Below, piece by piece: positions 41,069 through 50,408 of a stretch of DNA of 64,000 bases. The stretch's first letter is position 1; each line of letters opens with the position of its first letter. The DNA lies in assembly GCA_046596135.1 (NCBI GenBank), contig JBKJMX010000060.1, positions 2,061 to 66,060 on the forward strand, given 5' to 3'. The notes below the pieces were generated by a model. It ran no database searches, was not told the DNA's origin, and saw nothing but the letters and a program-made list of their open reading frames with translations. A program made the translations under genes and the position numbers. This stretch comes from Gemmatimonadales bacterium. Lineage in GTDB: Bacteria; Gemmatimonadota; Gemmatimonadetes; Gemmatimonadales; GWC2-71-9.

Positions 41069-41980
41069 TCAGTCCTCATCGCGGGCCAGCAACGCACGCG
41101 CGCCATCCCAGACTCGCGGCTCGATCTGGTCGACGAACAGTTGGAGGTGCGGGAACGGGATGGAGATACCGGCGTTGTCGAGCGCGACTTTCGCCGCCTC
41201 GACGACCCTCGCCTGCACGGGCATCTCCTGCTCCGCCTCGTCGATCCAGACCCGGATCTCGAGGTTGACGCTTGAGTCGCCGAGTGATCGCGCGACCACA
41301 TCGGGCGCGGGATGGGTGATCACGCCCTCGATGCTCGGGAGCACCGCGAGCAAGACGGTTCGCGCCTCAGCGATCTTTTCCTTGTAGGCGATCCCGATTT
41401 CCACGACCACGCGAGTGGCACCGTACATCGAGTGGTTCACCAGGGTGTCGCCGATGACCTGCTTGTTGGGGATTACCACGAAGGTGTTGTCGTTGGTGCG
41501 GATGCGCGTGGTGCGCAGGGTGATCTCGCGGACCTCACCGTAGAGCGACTGGGTCGTGATGTAGTCCCCGATCTTGAAAGGCCGGTCCCAGAAGATCAGG
41601 AAGCCGGCGATGGTATTGGCCACGGTCTCCTGGGCGGCGAACCCGATTGCGATGCCGATGACGCCGAAACCCGCGAGCAGGGCGCTCACGTCGACGCCGA
41701 GCTGGCTCGCCGCCATGACAATCGTGAAAAGCCCGAGCACGACGCGGTATACCCCGTCGACCAGCAGCGTGATCAATCCGTCGGCAAAGCGGGCACGCCG
41801 GAGCGCGGCCCGGAGGGCCGGCTGAGTGATACGCAGCACGATCCAGCCAACGAGCGCCACCAGCACCCCGGCGACGACGCGCGGCGCGGCGCTGAGGAGG
41901 AAAGCCTCGAATTGCAGGCGGTCGAGGGAAAACGGCAGCCAATCCATCAGATGCTCGGTCGGTTGCGGGTCGGGGATCAT
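41069..41980 (-). CDS. mechanosensitive ion channel (MscS family)
   Basis: TM helices are followed by the conserved beta domain PFKIGDYITTQSLYGEVREITLRTTRIRTNDNTFVVIPNKQV. The start is uncertain: ATG 41980, GTG 41992 or ATG 41947. Confidence 0.88.
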   Translation of the reverse strand: MIPDPQPTEHLMDWLPFSLDRLQFEAFLLSAAPRVVAGVLVALVGWIVLRITQPALRAALRRARFADGLITLLVDGVYRVVLGLFTIVMAASQLGVDVSALLAGFGVIGIAIGFAAQETVANTIAGFLIFWDRPFKIGDYITTQSLYGEVREITLRTTRIRTNDNTFVVIPNKQVIGDTLVNHSMYGATRVVVEIGIAYKEKIAEARTVLLAVLPSIEGVITHPAPDVVARSLGDSSVNLEIRVWIDEAEQEMPVQARVVEAAKVALDNAGISIPFPHLQLFVDQIEPRVWDGARALLARDED

Positions 41981-42016
41981 GAAGAGTACCACCGGGCTCC
42001 AGTCCTCGGAGCGATC

Positions 42017-42031
42017 AGTGATATTATCACT
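42017..42031. promoter_or_regulatory. perfect 15-bp AT-rich palindrome AGTGATA-T-TATCACT in the mscS/pgl divergent region
   Basis: I checked every base pair by hand. It lies 25 nt upstream of the pgl ATG and 37 nt upstream of the MscS ATG, and stands out against the GC-rich background. It could be an operator and/or a -10 region. Confidence 0.45.
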
Positions 42032-42055
42032 CTCTCGCCGCGATAGGACGTCTGC

Positions 42056-42802
42056 ATGGTGTTCGAAACGTTTTCAGCCGCGGGCACGCCGGAAATTCAT
42101 GTTGCCCCCGGTCCAGATGCTGCGGCCGCACTCGCTGCCAGCGAAGTGATTGCGCTGGTGGTGGCCGCTGCCGGGCTGAGGGGCTGCGTCAGCATCGCGC
42201 TGTCGGGGGGAAACACACCGCGGCTGCTCTACCAACACTTGGTAGCGCTGGGCCGAGACGCCGCACCGTGGGACCGGGTAACCTTCTGTTTCGGCGACGA
42301 ACGCTGCGTCCCGCGCGATCATGAAGAGAGCAACACTGGCGTGGCGTGGCGCGATTTCCTGCTGCCGCTCGGCATCACGCCGGCGGAGGTGGTCGAAGTG
42401 CCGCACGGGCAGGCCAGTGACGTGGCGCGTCATTATGCGGCACTGTTGCGCGAACGTATCGGGCGCCCCATCCCACGCCTCGATCTCGTGCTGCTTGGTA
42501 TCGGCGCCGACGGGCATGTGGCGTCGCTCTTTCCAGGTGACCCGGCCTTGGATGAGCAGGTGGCGCTCGTCGCTGCGGTGACCGCACCGCCGGGTCATGC
42601 AATTCAGCAGCGGGTGACGCTGACGTTACCGGTGATCAACAATGCCCGGGCGGTGTTCTTTCTCGCGACTGGCGCGGAGAAACAAGGCGCCGTCGCGGCA
42701 GCACTCAACCGGGCCCGCCCCTCGCGATCGCCGGCCGGACGAGTACGACCTGATGGCCGCCTCGCATGGTTCCTCGACACTGCGGCGGCACCGCCCCCCT
42801 GA
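42056..42802 (+). CDS. pgl: 6-phosphogluconolactonase
   Basis: LSGGNTPRLLYQHL, FGDERCV and GIGADGHVASLFPG. It is convergent with zwf, 2 bp apart. Confidence 0.9.
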   Translation: MVFETFSAAGTPEIHVAPGPDAAAALAASEVIALVVAAAGLRGCVSIALSGGNTPRLLYQHLVALGRDAAPWDRVTFCFGDERCVPRDHEESNTGVAWRDFLLPLGITPAEVVEVPHGQASDVARHYAALLRERIGRPIPRLDLVLLGIGADGHVASLFPGDPALDEQVALVAAVTAPPGHAIQQRVTLTLPVINNARAVFFLATGAEKQGAVAAALNRARPSRSPAGRVRPDGRLAWFLDTAAAPPP

Positions 42803-42804
42803 CA

Positions 42805-44268
42805 TCAGTGCTCGTCGTGATCGCACCCGCTCAGCCAGCGGTGTCCCTCCCTGGCCAACAGAGCATCCGCGCTGGCCGGACCGCTGCTGCCGGGCGGGTA
42901 CACGTCGGGCGGCAGGGTGCTGGCGTCCTCGCCCGCCGCTATCACTGGGTCGAACAGGCCCCACGCCTGCTTGATCTCGTCGCTCCGGGTGAAGAGCGCG
43001 GCGTCGCCCCGCAGTGCATCCAGCAGCAGCCGTTCATACGCGTCGCCCACCACGAGGCCCGCAAACGATGTCCGATAGTGGAACTCGAGGTCCACCGGCT
43101 TGATGTCAACCGGGTCACCCGGGACCTTCGCGTCGAGGCTCAGGTGCACGCCCTCATCGGGCTGGATGCAGATCGATAGCACGTTGGGGCGGGGCGACTG
43201 CTCCGTGCCGAACAACTGGACCACTGGGCGCTTGAACGCGACCGTGATCTCCGATCCCTTGGTCGCGAGTGCTTTCCCTGATCGCAGGTAAAACGGGACG
43301 CCTGACCAGCGCCAGTTGTCAATGAACAGCTTGACGGCACCATAGGTCGGGGTTCGGGATCCCGGCGCGACGTCTTCCGCATCGGTGTACCCGGCGTACT
43401 GGGCAGCCACAATGTCCGCCTCGTCAATTGGTCGGATTGCCGCGAGCACCTTTACCTTCTCGTCGCGGAGGTGCACGGCGTCGATGGCAACGGGAGCCTC
43501 CATGGTGACCAGCGCGAGCAATTGCAGCAGGTGATTCTGGAACATGTCCCGCCACACACCCGCCTGGTCGTAGTACTCACCGCGGTGCCCGATGTCGACC
43601 GTCTCCGTCACCGACACCTGCACATGATCGACGAAACTGCGGTTGAGGAGCGGGTCGAAGATCGCGTTGGCGAAACGGAAGTAGAGGATATTCTGCGCCG
43701 TCTCCTTCCCGAGATAGTGATCGATGCGGAAGACCTGCTCCTCGGCGAACGCCGAGTGGACCAGCGTGTTGAGCGCATCGGCGCTCGTCGCATCACGCCC
43801 AAACGGCTTCTCGATCACGATGTCACGTCGCGGTCCACCCGACTCGCACGCAGCCATACCGGACGCACCCAGCCCCTCGACCGCGGGTGCAAAGAATCGG
43901 GGCGCCATTGCGAGGTAGTAGAGGCGATGAGCGGGGCCCGACTCGAGCTTCTCGAGTTCCTGGCCGAGAACCGCGAAGTCGCCTGCCACCGTCACATCCC
44001 CCGTCACGTAATACAGCCGCGCCGCGAACCGGTCCCACGCCGCGTCGTCCACCGGACCGGCGAACTCGTCGACGCCGCCCCGCACGTAGGCGCGAAATCC
44101 ATCGTCGTCCATTTCGGTCCGCGCGAAGCCGACGATTTTCACCTCGGGCGGCAACTGCCGACGGCGGCAGATGCGAAAGAGTGCCGGACCCAGCTTGCGG
44201 CGCATCAGGTCGCCCGATGCGCCGAAGATGACCATCGTCGTCGCGAACTCCGGCGCGGGCCCGCTCAC
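42805..44268 (-). CDS. zwf: glucose-6-phosphate dehydrogenase
   Basis: MVIFGASGDLMRRKL, FRIDHYLGKE and the overall length of 487 aa. Confidence 0.96.
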   Translation of the reverse strand: MSGPAPEFATTMVIFGASGDLMRRKLGPALFRICRRRQLPPEVKIVGFARTEMDDDGFRAYVRGGVDEFAGPVDDAAWDRFAARLYYVTGDVTVAGDFAVLGQELEKLESGPAHRLYYLAMAPRFFAPAVEGLGASGMAACESGGPRRDIVIEKPFGRDATSADALNTLVHSAFAEEQVFRIDHYLGKETAQNILYFRFANAIFDPLLNRSFVDHVQVSVTETVDIGHRGEYYDQAGVWRDMFQNHLLQLLALVTMEAPVAIDAVHLRDEKVKVLAAIRPIDEADIVAAQYAGYTDAEDVAPGSRTPTYGAVKLFIDNWRWSGVPFYLRSGKALATKGSEITVAFKRPVVQLFGTEQSPRPNVLSICIQPDEGVHLSLDAKVPGDPVDIKPVDLEFHYRTSFAGLVVGDAYERLLLDALRGDAALFTRSDEIKQAWGLFDPVIAAGEDASTLPPDVYPPGSSGPASADALLAREGHRWLSGCDHDEH

Positions 44269-45185
44269 GCCTGATCCGCCGAGCGCTTGATGGCGTGGCC
44301 GCCGAACTGATTGCGCATCGCGGCCAGCAGCTTGTCACCGAACGGTGATTCGTCCCGCGAGCGGAAGCGCTGCTGCAATGCCAGGGTGATGACGGGGATC
44401 GAGACAGCGAGATCGATCGCCTCCATCACGGTCCAGCGACCCTCGCCGGAATCGGGAACCCAGGGCGCGATGCCGTCGAGGTTCGGATTTTCCTTGAGCG
44501 CCGCAGCCGTCAGGTCGAGCAACCAGGAACGCACGACGCTGCCGTGCCGCCAGATCTGCGCGACCTGCTCGAGATCGAGCGCGAGCTCTTCCTTGCGCTC
44601 CATCAGCGCGAACCCCTCGGCGTACGCCTGCATCATCCCGTACTCGACGCCGTTGTGGATCATCTTGACGAAGTGCCCTGCCCCGCTCGGGCCGACATGT
44701 CCCCATCCGGTATCAGGCGTCGGGGCGAGCGCCTCAAGGATTGGCCGCACCACGCTGAGCGCTTCATCGGTGCCACCCGCCATGATGCTGTAGCCTTCCT
44801 TGAGGCCCCAGACGCCGCCGGATGTGCCGACGTCGACGAACGCGATGCCCTTCGGCGCAAGGGTCTTCGCGCGGCGCTGGGAGTCTTTGTAGTTGCTGTT
44901 GCCGCCGTCGATGATCACGTCGCCCTCCTGCAGCGTACCCGCAATCGACTCGATGGTGGCTTCTGTCGGCGCACCCGCAGGCACCATGATCCACACCACG
45001 CGAGGTGTCGACAGCGCAGCGACCAGTTCCTCCGTGGACACAGCACCGGTTGCACCCTCAGTGGTCGCGCGTGCGATGGCGGCCGCGTCCAGGTCATGCA
45101 CCACGACCTCGTGACCAGCGCGCAGCAAACGCACCGTCATGTTTCCGCCCATCTTGCCGAGTCCGATCATTCCCAGCTTCATCAT
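44265..45185 (-). CDS. gnd: 6-phosphogluconate dehydrogenase, decarboxylating (short Gnd-like form)
   Basis: Track ORF trimmed to the ATG at 45185: MMKLGMIGLGKMGGNMTVRLLRAGHEVVVHD...GAGHFVKMIHNGVEYGMMQAYAEG. Its stop overlaps the zwf ATG (ATGA). Confidence 0.92.
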   Translation of the reverse strand: MMKLGMIGLGKMGGNMTVRLLRAGHEVVVHDLDAAAIARATTEGATGAVSTEELVAALSTPRVVWIMVPAGAPTEATIESIAGTLQEGDVIIDGGNSNYKDSQRRAKTLAPKGIAFVDVGTSGGVWGLKEGYSIMAGGTDEALSVVRPILEALAPTPDTGWGHVGPSGAGHFVKMIHNGVEYGMMQAYAEGFALMERKEELALDLEQVAQIWRHGSVVRSWLLDLTAAALKENPNLDGIAPWVPDSGEGRWTVMEAIDLAVSIPVITLALQQRFRSRDESPFGDKLLAAMRNQFGGHAIKRSADQA

Positions 45186-45364
45186 CGCTCCACAGTGGCA
45201 GGTCAACGGGACCGGGCCTTCGCCGGTCGATCACCCCGGCAATATCCCCGCCTCGCCACCAATGACGTCGGGGATGCGGACGGCACCACGTTGCACCGGT
45301 CAATTTGATTCGCCTTGTCGGGATCCCCCCCCAACGGTCCGACTCACAATTCGCCCGATCCGGC

Positions 45365-45398
45365 GACGCGGGTCAAGTCGACTTGTGACTCCCGCGTC
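45365..45398 (-). terminator. long imperfect palindrome/hairpin downstream of the UPF0182 gene
   Basis: GACGCGGG-T-CAAGTC|GACTTG-TGACT-CCCGCGTC. The outer stem is 8 bp and the inner element is a perfect 12-bp palindrome. It lies 40 nt after the UPF0182 stop, in the 252-bp spacer before gnd. There is no U-tract. Confidence 0.35.
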
Positions 45399-45437
45399 CC
45401 CTCATCCGCCTGCAGTCACCTGTCGGGCAGCCCGCCA

Positions 45438-48179
45438 TCAGGGTCGCGTGGCGCCCGCCCCGAGACGCTCGAGCACGGCACCGAGCTGGCGAAGTTCCTC
45501 ACCATATCGGGCCCAATCCCCCTGGCGCTGGGCATCGATCGCGGCCTCGTAGTGCCGCTGCGCCTCGGCGACCACCTCGCTCGATGGCGCGGCTGATGTA
45601 GCGGGCGGTCCTCCGCCGCGAATCGCTGCCGAGTCCGCCCGCCCCGCCCCGGCCACCGCGCGCGACCCGATCTCCCCACCGAACATCGCGACGAGCGCCG
45701 CGTCGAGTGTTTCCCGCATGATCACCTGATTCTGGTACGCAACCACGACTCGCTTCAACTCGGGAATCATTCCGCCGTCAGCCTGCAGGTAGATCGGCTG
45801 TACGTACAGCAACGACTCTTCGATGGGGATCACGAGCAGGTCCCCTCGGATGACCTCGGAACCGCGCTGATCCCACAGTGACACCTGGCGGGAAATCTCG
45901 GTGTCCTGGTTGATCCGATTCTCGATCTGCCGGGGGCCGAACACCAGGCTCTGCCGCGGGAACCGGTACACCCGCAGCTTGCCGTAGTGGTCACCATCGT
46001 TTCGTGCGACCATCCACGCCGCGAGATTGTCCTTCCCGCGCGGCGTGAACGGCGCCATGTAGATGAATTCGGCGGCGGCCTCCTCGGGTAGCCGCATCAC
46101 GATGTGCCGCATGAATGGCACCGCCTGGTCATTGCGGGTGATCACCGGCACCTGCCACTCGTCCTCGCGATTGTAGAAGGTCGCGGGCGTGTCCATGTGG
46201 TACGTGACATAACGCGCGGCCTGGGCCCGGAACAACTCATCCGGATAGCGGATGTGCGCGCGGAGGTCTTCCGGCATCTCCTCGATGGGCTTGAAGACTC
46301 CCGGGTACACCTTGTCCCATGTTCGGATCAACGGATCGTTGGGCTCGGCAACATACGGCACCATGGTGCCGTGGTAGGCGTCGATCACGATCTTCACGCT
46401 GTTGCGGATGTACGCGACGCCGTCGTTGGTCCGGAACGAGTAGGGATACCGACTGGTGGCGGTGTAGGCGTCCTGGATCCACTGGAGGGTGCCGTCACTC
46501 GCGACCACCATGTACGGGTCGCGGTCCATCCGGAGAAAGGGAAATGCCTTCTTCACCCGTGCCACGATGTTGCGGTGAAAAAGGATCCGGCTCTCTGACG
46601 TGATGTCGCCGGAGAGAAGGATCTTCGACGAGCCGAACTCGGCGGCGAGGATCGCGCGGCGCACGATTCCGCCCACCGGCACCCCGCCGGTGCCGTCGTA
46701 GGTGCTGTACACGTTCGACTCACCTGACGGATAGTCGAATTCCTTCTGCTTCGTGTTCACGAAGACGAAATTGTCGGTGAGCTCGCCGTAGTAGATCTGC
46801 GGGCGCGAGATCTTGAGCGAACCGGTCGTCGATGGGGGCAGGTCCTTCACGAACAGGACCGGCAACCCTTCAGTGGTGACCTGGTTCACCGGGCTCAGCG
46901 TGAGTCCCATGCCGTGTGTGAACGTGAGGTGTTCGTTGATGAACGTGCGGGTCGGCAGCAACGCCGAATTCAGCTCGCGCGGGGCGAGGAGTACCTGGCG
47001 GTACCGCCCGTCGATCCAGTACCGATCGTCGTCGACGGACACGAAGTCGTAGTAGGTCCGGATCTCCTGGATCTGGCTGAACGTCCGGAGAAGCGGCTCT
47101 CGGTCCCAGAGCCGCACGTTGTCGATCGTGGCGGCGTTGTCCCGGATGCTCTCGAGGCCCAGCGTGGCCTCGCCCTCGAGATCGCGCACCTCGACGCTGT
47201 CGATGCCCCAGGCCAGGCGCGTGGCGGCGATGTGCCGCGCGAGGAACGGTTCCTCACGGGTGAGTTCCGTGGGCGCCACGACGAACTTCTGGATCAAGCC
47301 CGGGATCAGACCACGTCCGACCACCGAAACCAGCCCATAGATCGCCAGGGCCCCGACCGCGTAGGCGCCGAGTTGGCGCCGCACGCCGCCAATCAGCACC
47401 GCCACCGCGGCCAGCAGGGCCACCACGGCGGAGACGCGGAGCGCCGGCAGCATCGCGTGCATGTCGGTGTAGCTGGCACCCACGAGCGGGCCGGTGTGCG
47501 AGAACAACAGGTTCGACGTGTCGACGAACCAGAGCTGCAGCGCCCAGAGCACGAAGATGATCGCGAGGACGATCGCGAGGTGCATACCAGCCGATGGCTC
47601 GATGCGGAGGCGCCGGGGCGCGACCACGATATCGCCGCGCAGGAAGTAGATCGCCGCCAGGAGGAGGAGGAGCAGCACCGCCAGCGAGGCGAGGATGCCC
47701 AGCAGCGCGGTGATGGCCGGGAGGGTAAAAACGTAGTACCCGATGTCGCGGCCGAAGACCGGATCGGTGATGCCGAACGGCGTGGAGAGCGACGCCTGCA
47801 GCGACACGTCCCAGAGCGCGCTCGCACCGAGGCCGAACATCACCGCCAGCGCCAATGTGACGGGGCGCGTCAGGCGACCGATGACCCGGGAGAGATCGAC
47901 CACCTGTTCGCCCGACGCCGCATGAACCTGCATCCGGATCACGTCGGACGCGGCACCGCGCTGCGCGAGCCGGAGGTTTGCCCACACCAGCGCGCCGGTC
48001 AGCCCGGCCCCCACGACGAACAGGAGGAGCCGGGTGGTAATCGTGCGGCTGAAGAGGACCTCGAACCCGAGGTCGCGAAACCACCAGTAATCGACCAGCA
48101 TGCCGGTCGCGATGGGCATCAGGACGCCGACCAGGAGGGCCAGCACGAGGAGCACCGTGAACGGCGACTTGCGGGTCAT
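45438..48179 (-). CDS. UPF0182 family membrane protein
   Basis: 913 aa. MTRKSPFTVLLVLALLVGVLMPIATGMLVDYWWFRDLGF... is followed by multiple N-terminal TM helices and a large soluble domain. Its ATG overlaps the gdh stop (ATGA). Confidence 0.88.
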   Translation of the reverse strand: MTRKSPFTVLLVLALLVGVLMPIATGMLVDYWWFRDLGFEVLFSRTITTRLLLFVVGAGLTGALVWANLRLAQRGAASDVIRMQVHAASGEQVVDLSRVIGRLTRPVTLALAVMFGLGASALWDVSLQASLSTPFGITDPVFGRDIGYYVFTLPAITALLGILASLAVLLLLLLAAIYFLRGDIVVAPRRLRIEPSAGMHLAIVLAIIFVLWALQLWFVDTSNLLFSHTGPLVGASYTDMHAMLPALRVSAVVALLAAVAVLIGGVRRQLGAYAVGALAIYGLVSVVGRGLIPGLIQKFVVAPTELTREEPFLARHIAATRLAWGIDSVEVRDLEGEATLGLESIRDNAATIDNVRLWDREPLLRTFSQIQEIRTYYDFVSVDDDRYWIDGRYRQVLLAPRELNSALLPTRTFINEHLTFTHGMGLTLSPVNQVTTEGLPVLFVKDLPPSTTGSLKISRPQIYYGELTDNFVFVNTKQKEFDYPSGESNVYSTYDGTGGVPVGGIVRRAILAAEFGSSKILLSGDITSESRILFHRNIVARVKKAFPFLRMDRDPYMVVASDGTLQWIQDAYTATSRYPYSFRTNDGVAYIRNSVKIVIDAYHGTMVPYVAEPNDPLIRTWDKVYPGVFKPIEEMPEDLRAHIRYPDELFRAQAARYVTYHMDTPATFYNREDEWQVPVITRNDQAVPFMRHIVMRLPEEAAAEFIYMAPFTPRGKDNLAAWMVARNDGDHYGKLRVYRFPRQSLVFGPRQIENRINQDTEISRQVSLWDQRGSEVIRGDLLVIPIEESLLYVQPIYLQADGGMIPELKRVVVAYQNQVIMRETLDAALVAMFGGEIGSRAVAGAGRADSAAIRGGGPPATSAAPSSEVVAEAQRHYEAAIDAQRQGDWARYGEELRQLGAVLERLGAGATRP

Positions 48180-49585
48180 GGAAATATTCCCATATCGGAG
48201 TAGGATCGCGCCACCTTGTCGATCGCGTTGATGAACGCCGCGGAGCGCAGGCTGATGCGCTGCTCGGCATGGCGGTCACGGATCACGCAGAGTTGCTGAT
48301 AGGCGTCGCTCATCGATTCCTCCAGCCCCGAATACACGAGGTCCTTTTCGGAAGCGCCCTCGGTGATCGCGCGGGCTTCTTCCTCGGGGAAGTGTTTCCC
48401 GGTCGATTTTTCAACCGCCGCGAGCATCCGGCGGAACGCGCCCTCTTCGTACCGCTTCTCCATCCGACCGAAGCGGACGTGCGACAGGTTCTTGAGCCAC
48501 TCGAAGTACGACACGATCACCCCGCCAGCGTTGAGCCAGATGTCGGGGAGGATCAGCACGCCGCGCTCTTCCAGGATCGCCTCGGCGGCCGCTGTGGTGG
48601 GTCCGTTGGCAGCCTCGGCGACGATCTTCGCGCGGATTCGCGGCGCGTTCTCGACGGTGATCTGGTGCTCGAGCGCTGCCGGGATGAGGATGTCACAGTC
48701 CAGCTCGAGCCCATCAGGCGTATTCGGAATGCCGGTTGCATCCGGATAGCCGATCACGGTGCCGTGTTCGATACGCCAGGCGTTGACTGCATCGACGTCG
48801 AGGCCAGCCGGATTGGACAGTGCAGCGCGATACTCTGCGATGCCGACGATGATCGCGCCTGCATCCTGCATGAACTTTGCGGCGTGGTACCCCACGTTGC
48901 CGAGTCCCTGCACCACCACGCGCTTTCCTTCGAGTCCGGGCGACAGGCCCAGTTTCGACATCTCCTCGGACGAGTTGCAGACTTCACGCAGTCCGTAGAA
49001 CACCCCCAGCCCGGTCGCCTCGGTGCGCCCGCGGATGCCGCCCTGCGCGAGCGGCTTGGCCGTCACGCACGCCAGGGCGTCGATCTCGCCCCCCGACAGG
49101 CTGGCGTAGGTGTCGGCGATCCACGCCATTTCCTTCGAGGAGGTGCCGTAGTCCGGAGCCGGCACGTCGATGCCCGGGCCGATGAACCGCTTCCGCACCA
49201 GTTCGTAGGTATACCGGCGCGTCACCCGCTCGAGTTCGCCCTCGGAGTACTTGCGACGATCGATTCGCACGCCTCCCTTGGCGCCTCCGAACGGGACATC
49301 GACAATCGCGCACTTGTATGTCATCAGCGCCGCGAGCGCCATCACTTCATCGTCGCTCACGCCCATGCTGTAGCGAATTCCGCCCTTGGTGGGCGACTTG
49401 TGCTGGCTGTGCTCAGCGCGCCATGCGTGGATCACCTCGATCGAGCCATCATCGCGCTTGAGCGGGAAGCTCATGTAGTAGACGGCGTTGCACGCCTTGA
49501 TCTGCTCAAGGAGCGTCGGATCGTGTTGGGTGAACGCGGCCGCGCGGTCGAACGCGGTATTCACCTGCTCGAGGAATCCTGACAT
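48176..49585 (-). CDS. Glu/Leu/Phe/Val-family (glutamate) dehydrogenase
   Basis: 469 aa with KGGIRYS, PFGGAKGG and GLGNVGYHAAKF (Rossmann fold). Confidence 0.92.
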   Translation of the reverse strand: MSGFLEQVNTAFDRAAAFTQHDPTLLEQIKACNAVYYMSFPLKRDDGSIEVIHAWRAEHSQHKSPTKGGIRYSMGVSDDEVMALAALMTYKCAIVDVPFGGAKGGVRIDRRKYSEGELERVTRRYTYELVRKRFIGPGIDVPAPDYGTSSKEMAWIADTYASLSGGEIDALACVTAKPLAQGGIRGRTEATGLGVFYGLREVCNSSEEMSKLGLSPGLEGKRVVVQGLGNVGYHAAKFMQDAGAIIVGIAEYRAALSNPAGLDVDAVNAWRIEHGTVIGYPDATGIPNTPDGLELDCDILIPAALEHQITVENAPRIRAKIVAEAANGPTTAAAEAILEERGVLILPDIWLNAGGVIVSYFEWLKNLSHVRFGRMEKRYEEGAFRRMLAAVEKSTGKHFPEEEARAITEGASEKDLVYSGLEESMSDAYQQLCVIRDRHAEQRISLRSAAFINAIDKVARSYSDMGIFP

Positions 49586-49645
49586 GATCGGCTTGCGATC
49601 CAGGTAGGAGGATCAGGGGAATCTAGCGGCATTCCGGTGGGACGG

Positions 49646-49672
49646 ACCGGCGGCGCGCGCTGGCGCGCCGGT
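49646..49672 (-). terminator. GC hairpin downstream of the beta-barrel gene (weak terminator candidate)
   Basis: ACCGGCG...CGCCGGT forms a 7-bp stem with a few inner pairs. It lies 64 nt after the stop at 49736. There is no U-tract. Confidence 0.25.
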
Positions 49673-49735
49673 TCGCGATTTCAGTGGGGACCGGGCACGT
49701 CCCGACGAGCTGCTCGCGGCCTGATCGCACGCGCC

Positions 49736-50392
49736 CTAGGGGCGTGCGAAAAATGTCCACTCAAGTGCGAGCGTCAGAGATCGGGCGTGAATCGCACCCG
49801 CGTCTGTCTCAATTACGGTCGTGCCAATCGGCTCGAGCCGGACGAGCGCACCGAAGCGGCGACCCCGGACCCCTGCCCCGACCACCAGATTCAGCCCGGT
49901 AGACTTCGGCCTCAACGTCGGGCTGCCGATTTCCATGCTGGCTTCGTCGCGCCAGTCGTCGCAGCCCACGGTCTCCCCACCAAAGAAACCCGGTCCGCCC
50001 GATGTGTCCACGTCGCATCCCGCCTTCCGCCACACTGCTGCGCCGCCCTCCAGGAAGAACCGCCCGCTTCCCACGCGTCGCCGCGCGATCGCCGCGAGGT
50101 GTGCCCGGTAGACGGTGACACTGGTCGGCTGCTCGAACAGCCCGGTGATCCCGAGGTCACCGACGTCTGACTGCATCGCTACCTCGACGCGTGCCGCCCA
50201 GCCCGCGCCCACCGGCCGCTGCATCCCAACAGCAAGGAGCGAAGCGCCAAACTTTCCTCCCATCACGTAGGGGCCGCTCCATGCGGGCTGACCGACGCCA
50301 GCGGTGAGCGACCAGGTCGACTGCGCCGTAGCCGGCGCCGCGCCTGCCATGGCCAGACAGCCTGCGGCAAGAATCACTCGGCATATTGACAT
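49736..50392 (-). CDS. small outer-membrane beta-barrel-like protein
   Basis: Track ORF trimmed to the ATG at 50392: MSICRVILAAGCLAMAGAAPATAQ (signal peptide). Alternating G/A/V-rich beta segments follow, ending ...SLTLALEWTFFARP. Confidence 0.65.
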   Translation of the reverse strand: MSICRVILAAGCLAMAGAAPATAQSTWSLTAGVGQPAWSGPYVMGGKFGASLLAVGMQRPVGAGWAARVEVAMQSDVGDLGITGLFEQPTSVTVYRAHLAAIARRRVGSGRFFLEGGAAVWRKAGCDVDTSGGPGFFGGETVGCDDWRDEASMEIGSPTLRPKSTGLNLVVGAGVRGRRFGALVRLEPIGTTVIETDAGAIHARSLTLALEWTFFARP

Positions 50393-50408
50393 CTGTTCTC
50401 CCCGTGAA

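Noticed and set aside
45186-45437. The 252-bp non-coding spacer upstream of gnd as a hiding place for a small RNA (SRP RNA, 6S, RNase P, tmRNA) or a small ORF.
   Set aside because: I found no conserved cores such as GAGGAAAGTCC, the SRP domain IV motif or a tmRNA acceptor. The track ORFs there are Arg/Pro-rich with no ribosome-binding site. Only the palindrome at 45365-45398 is retained, as a weak feature.
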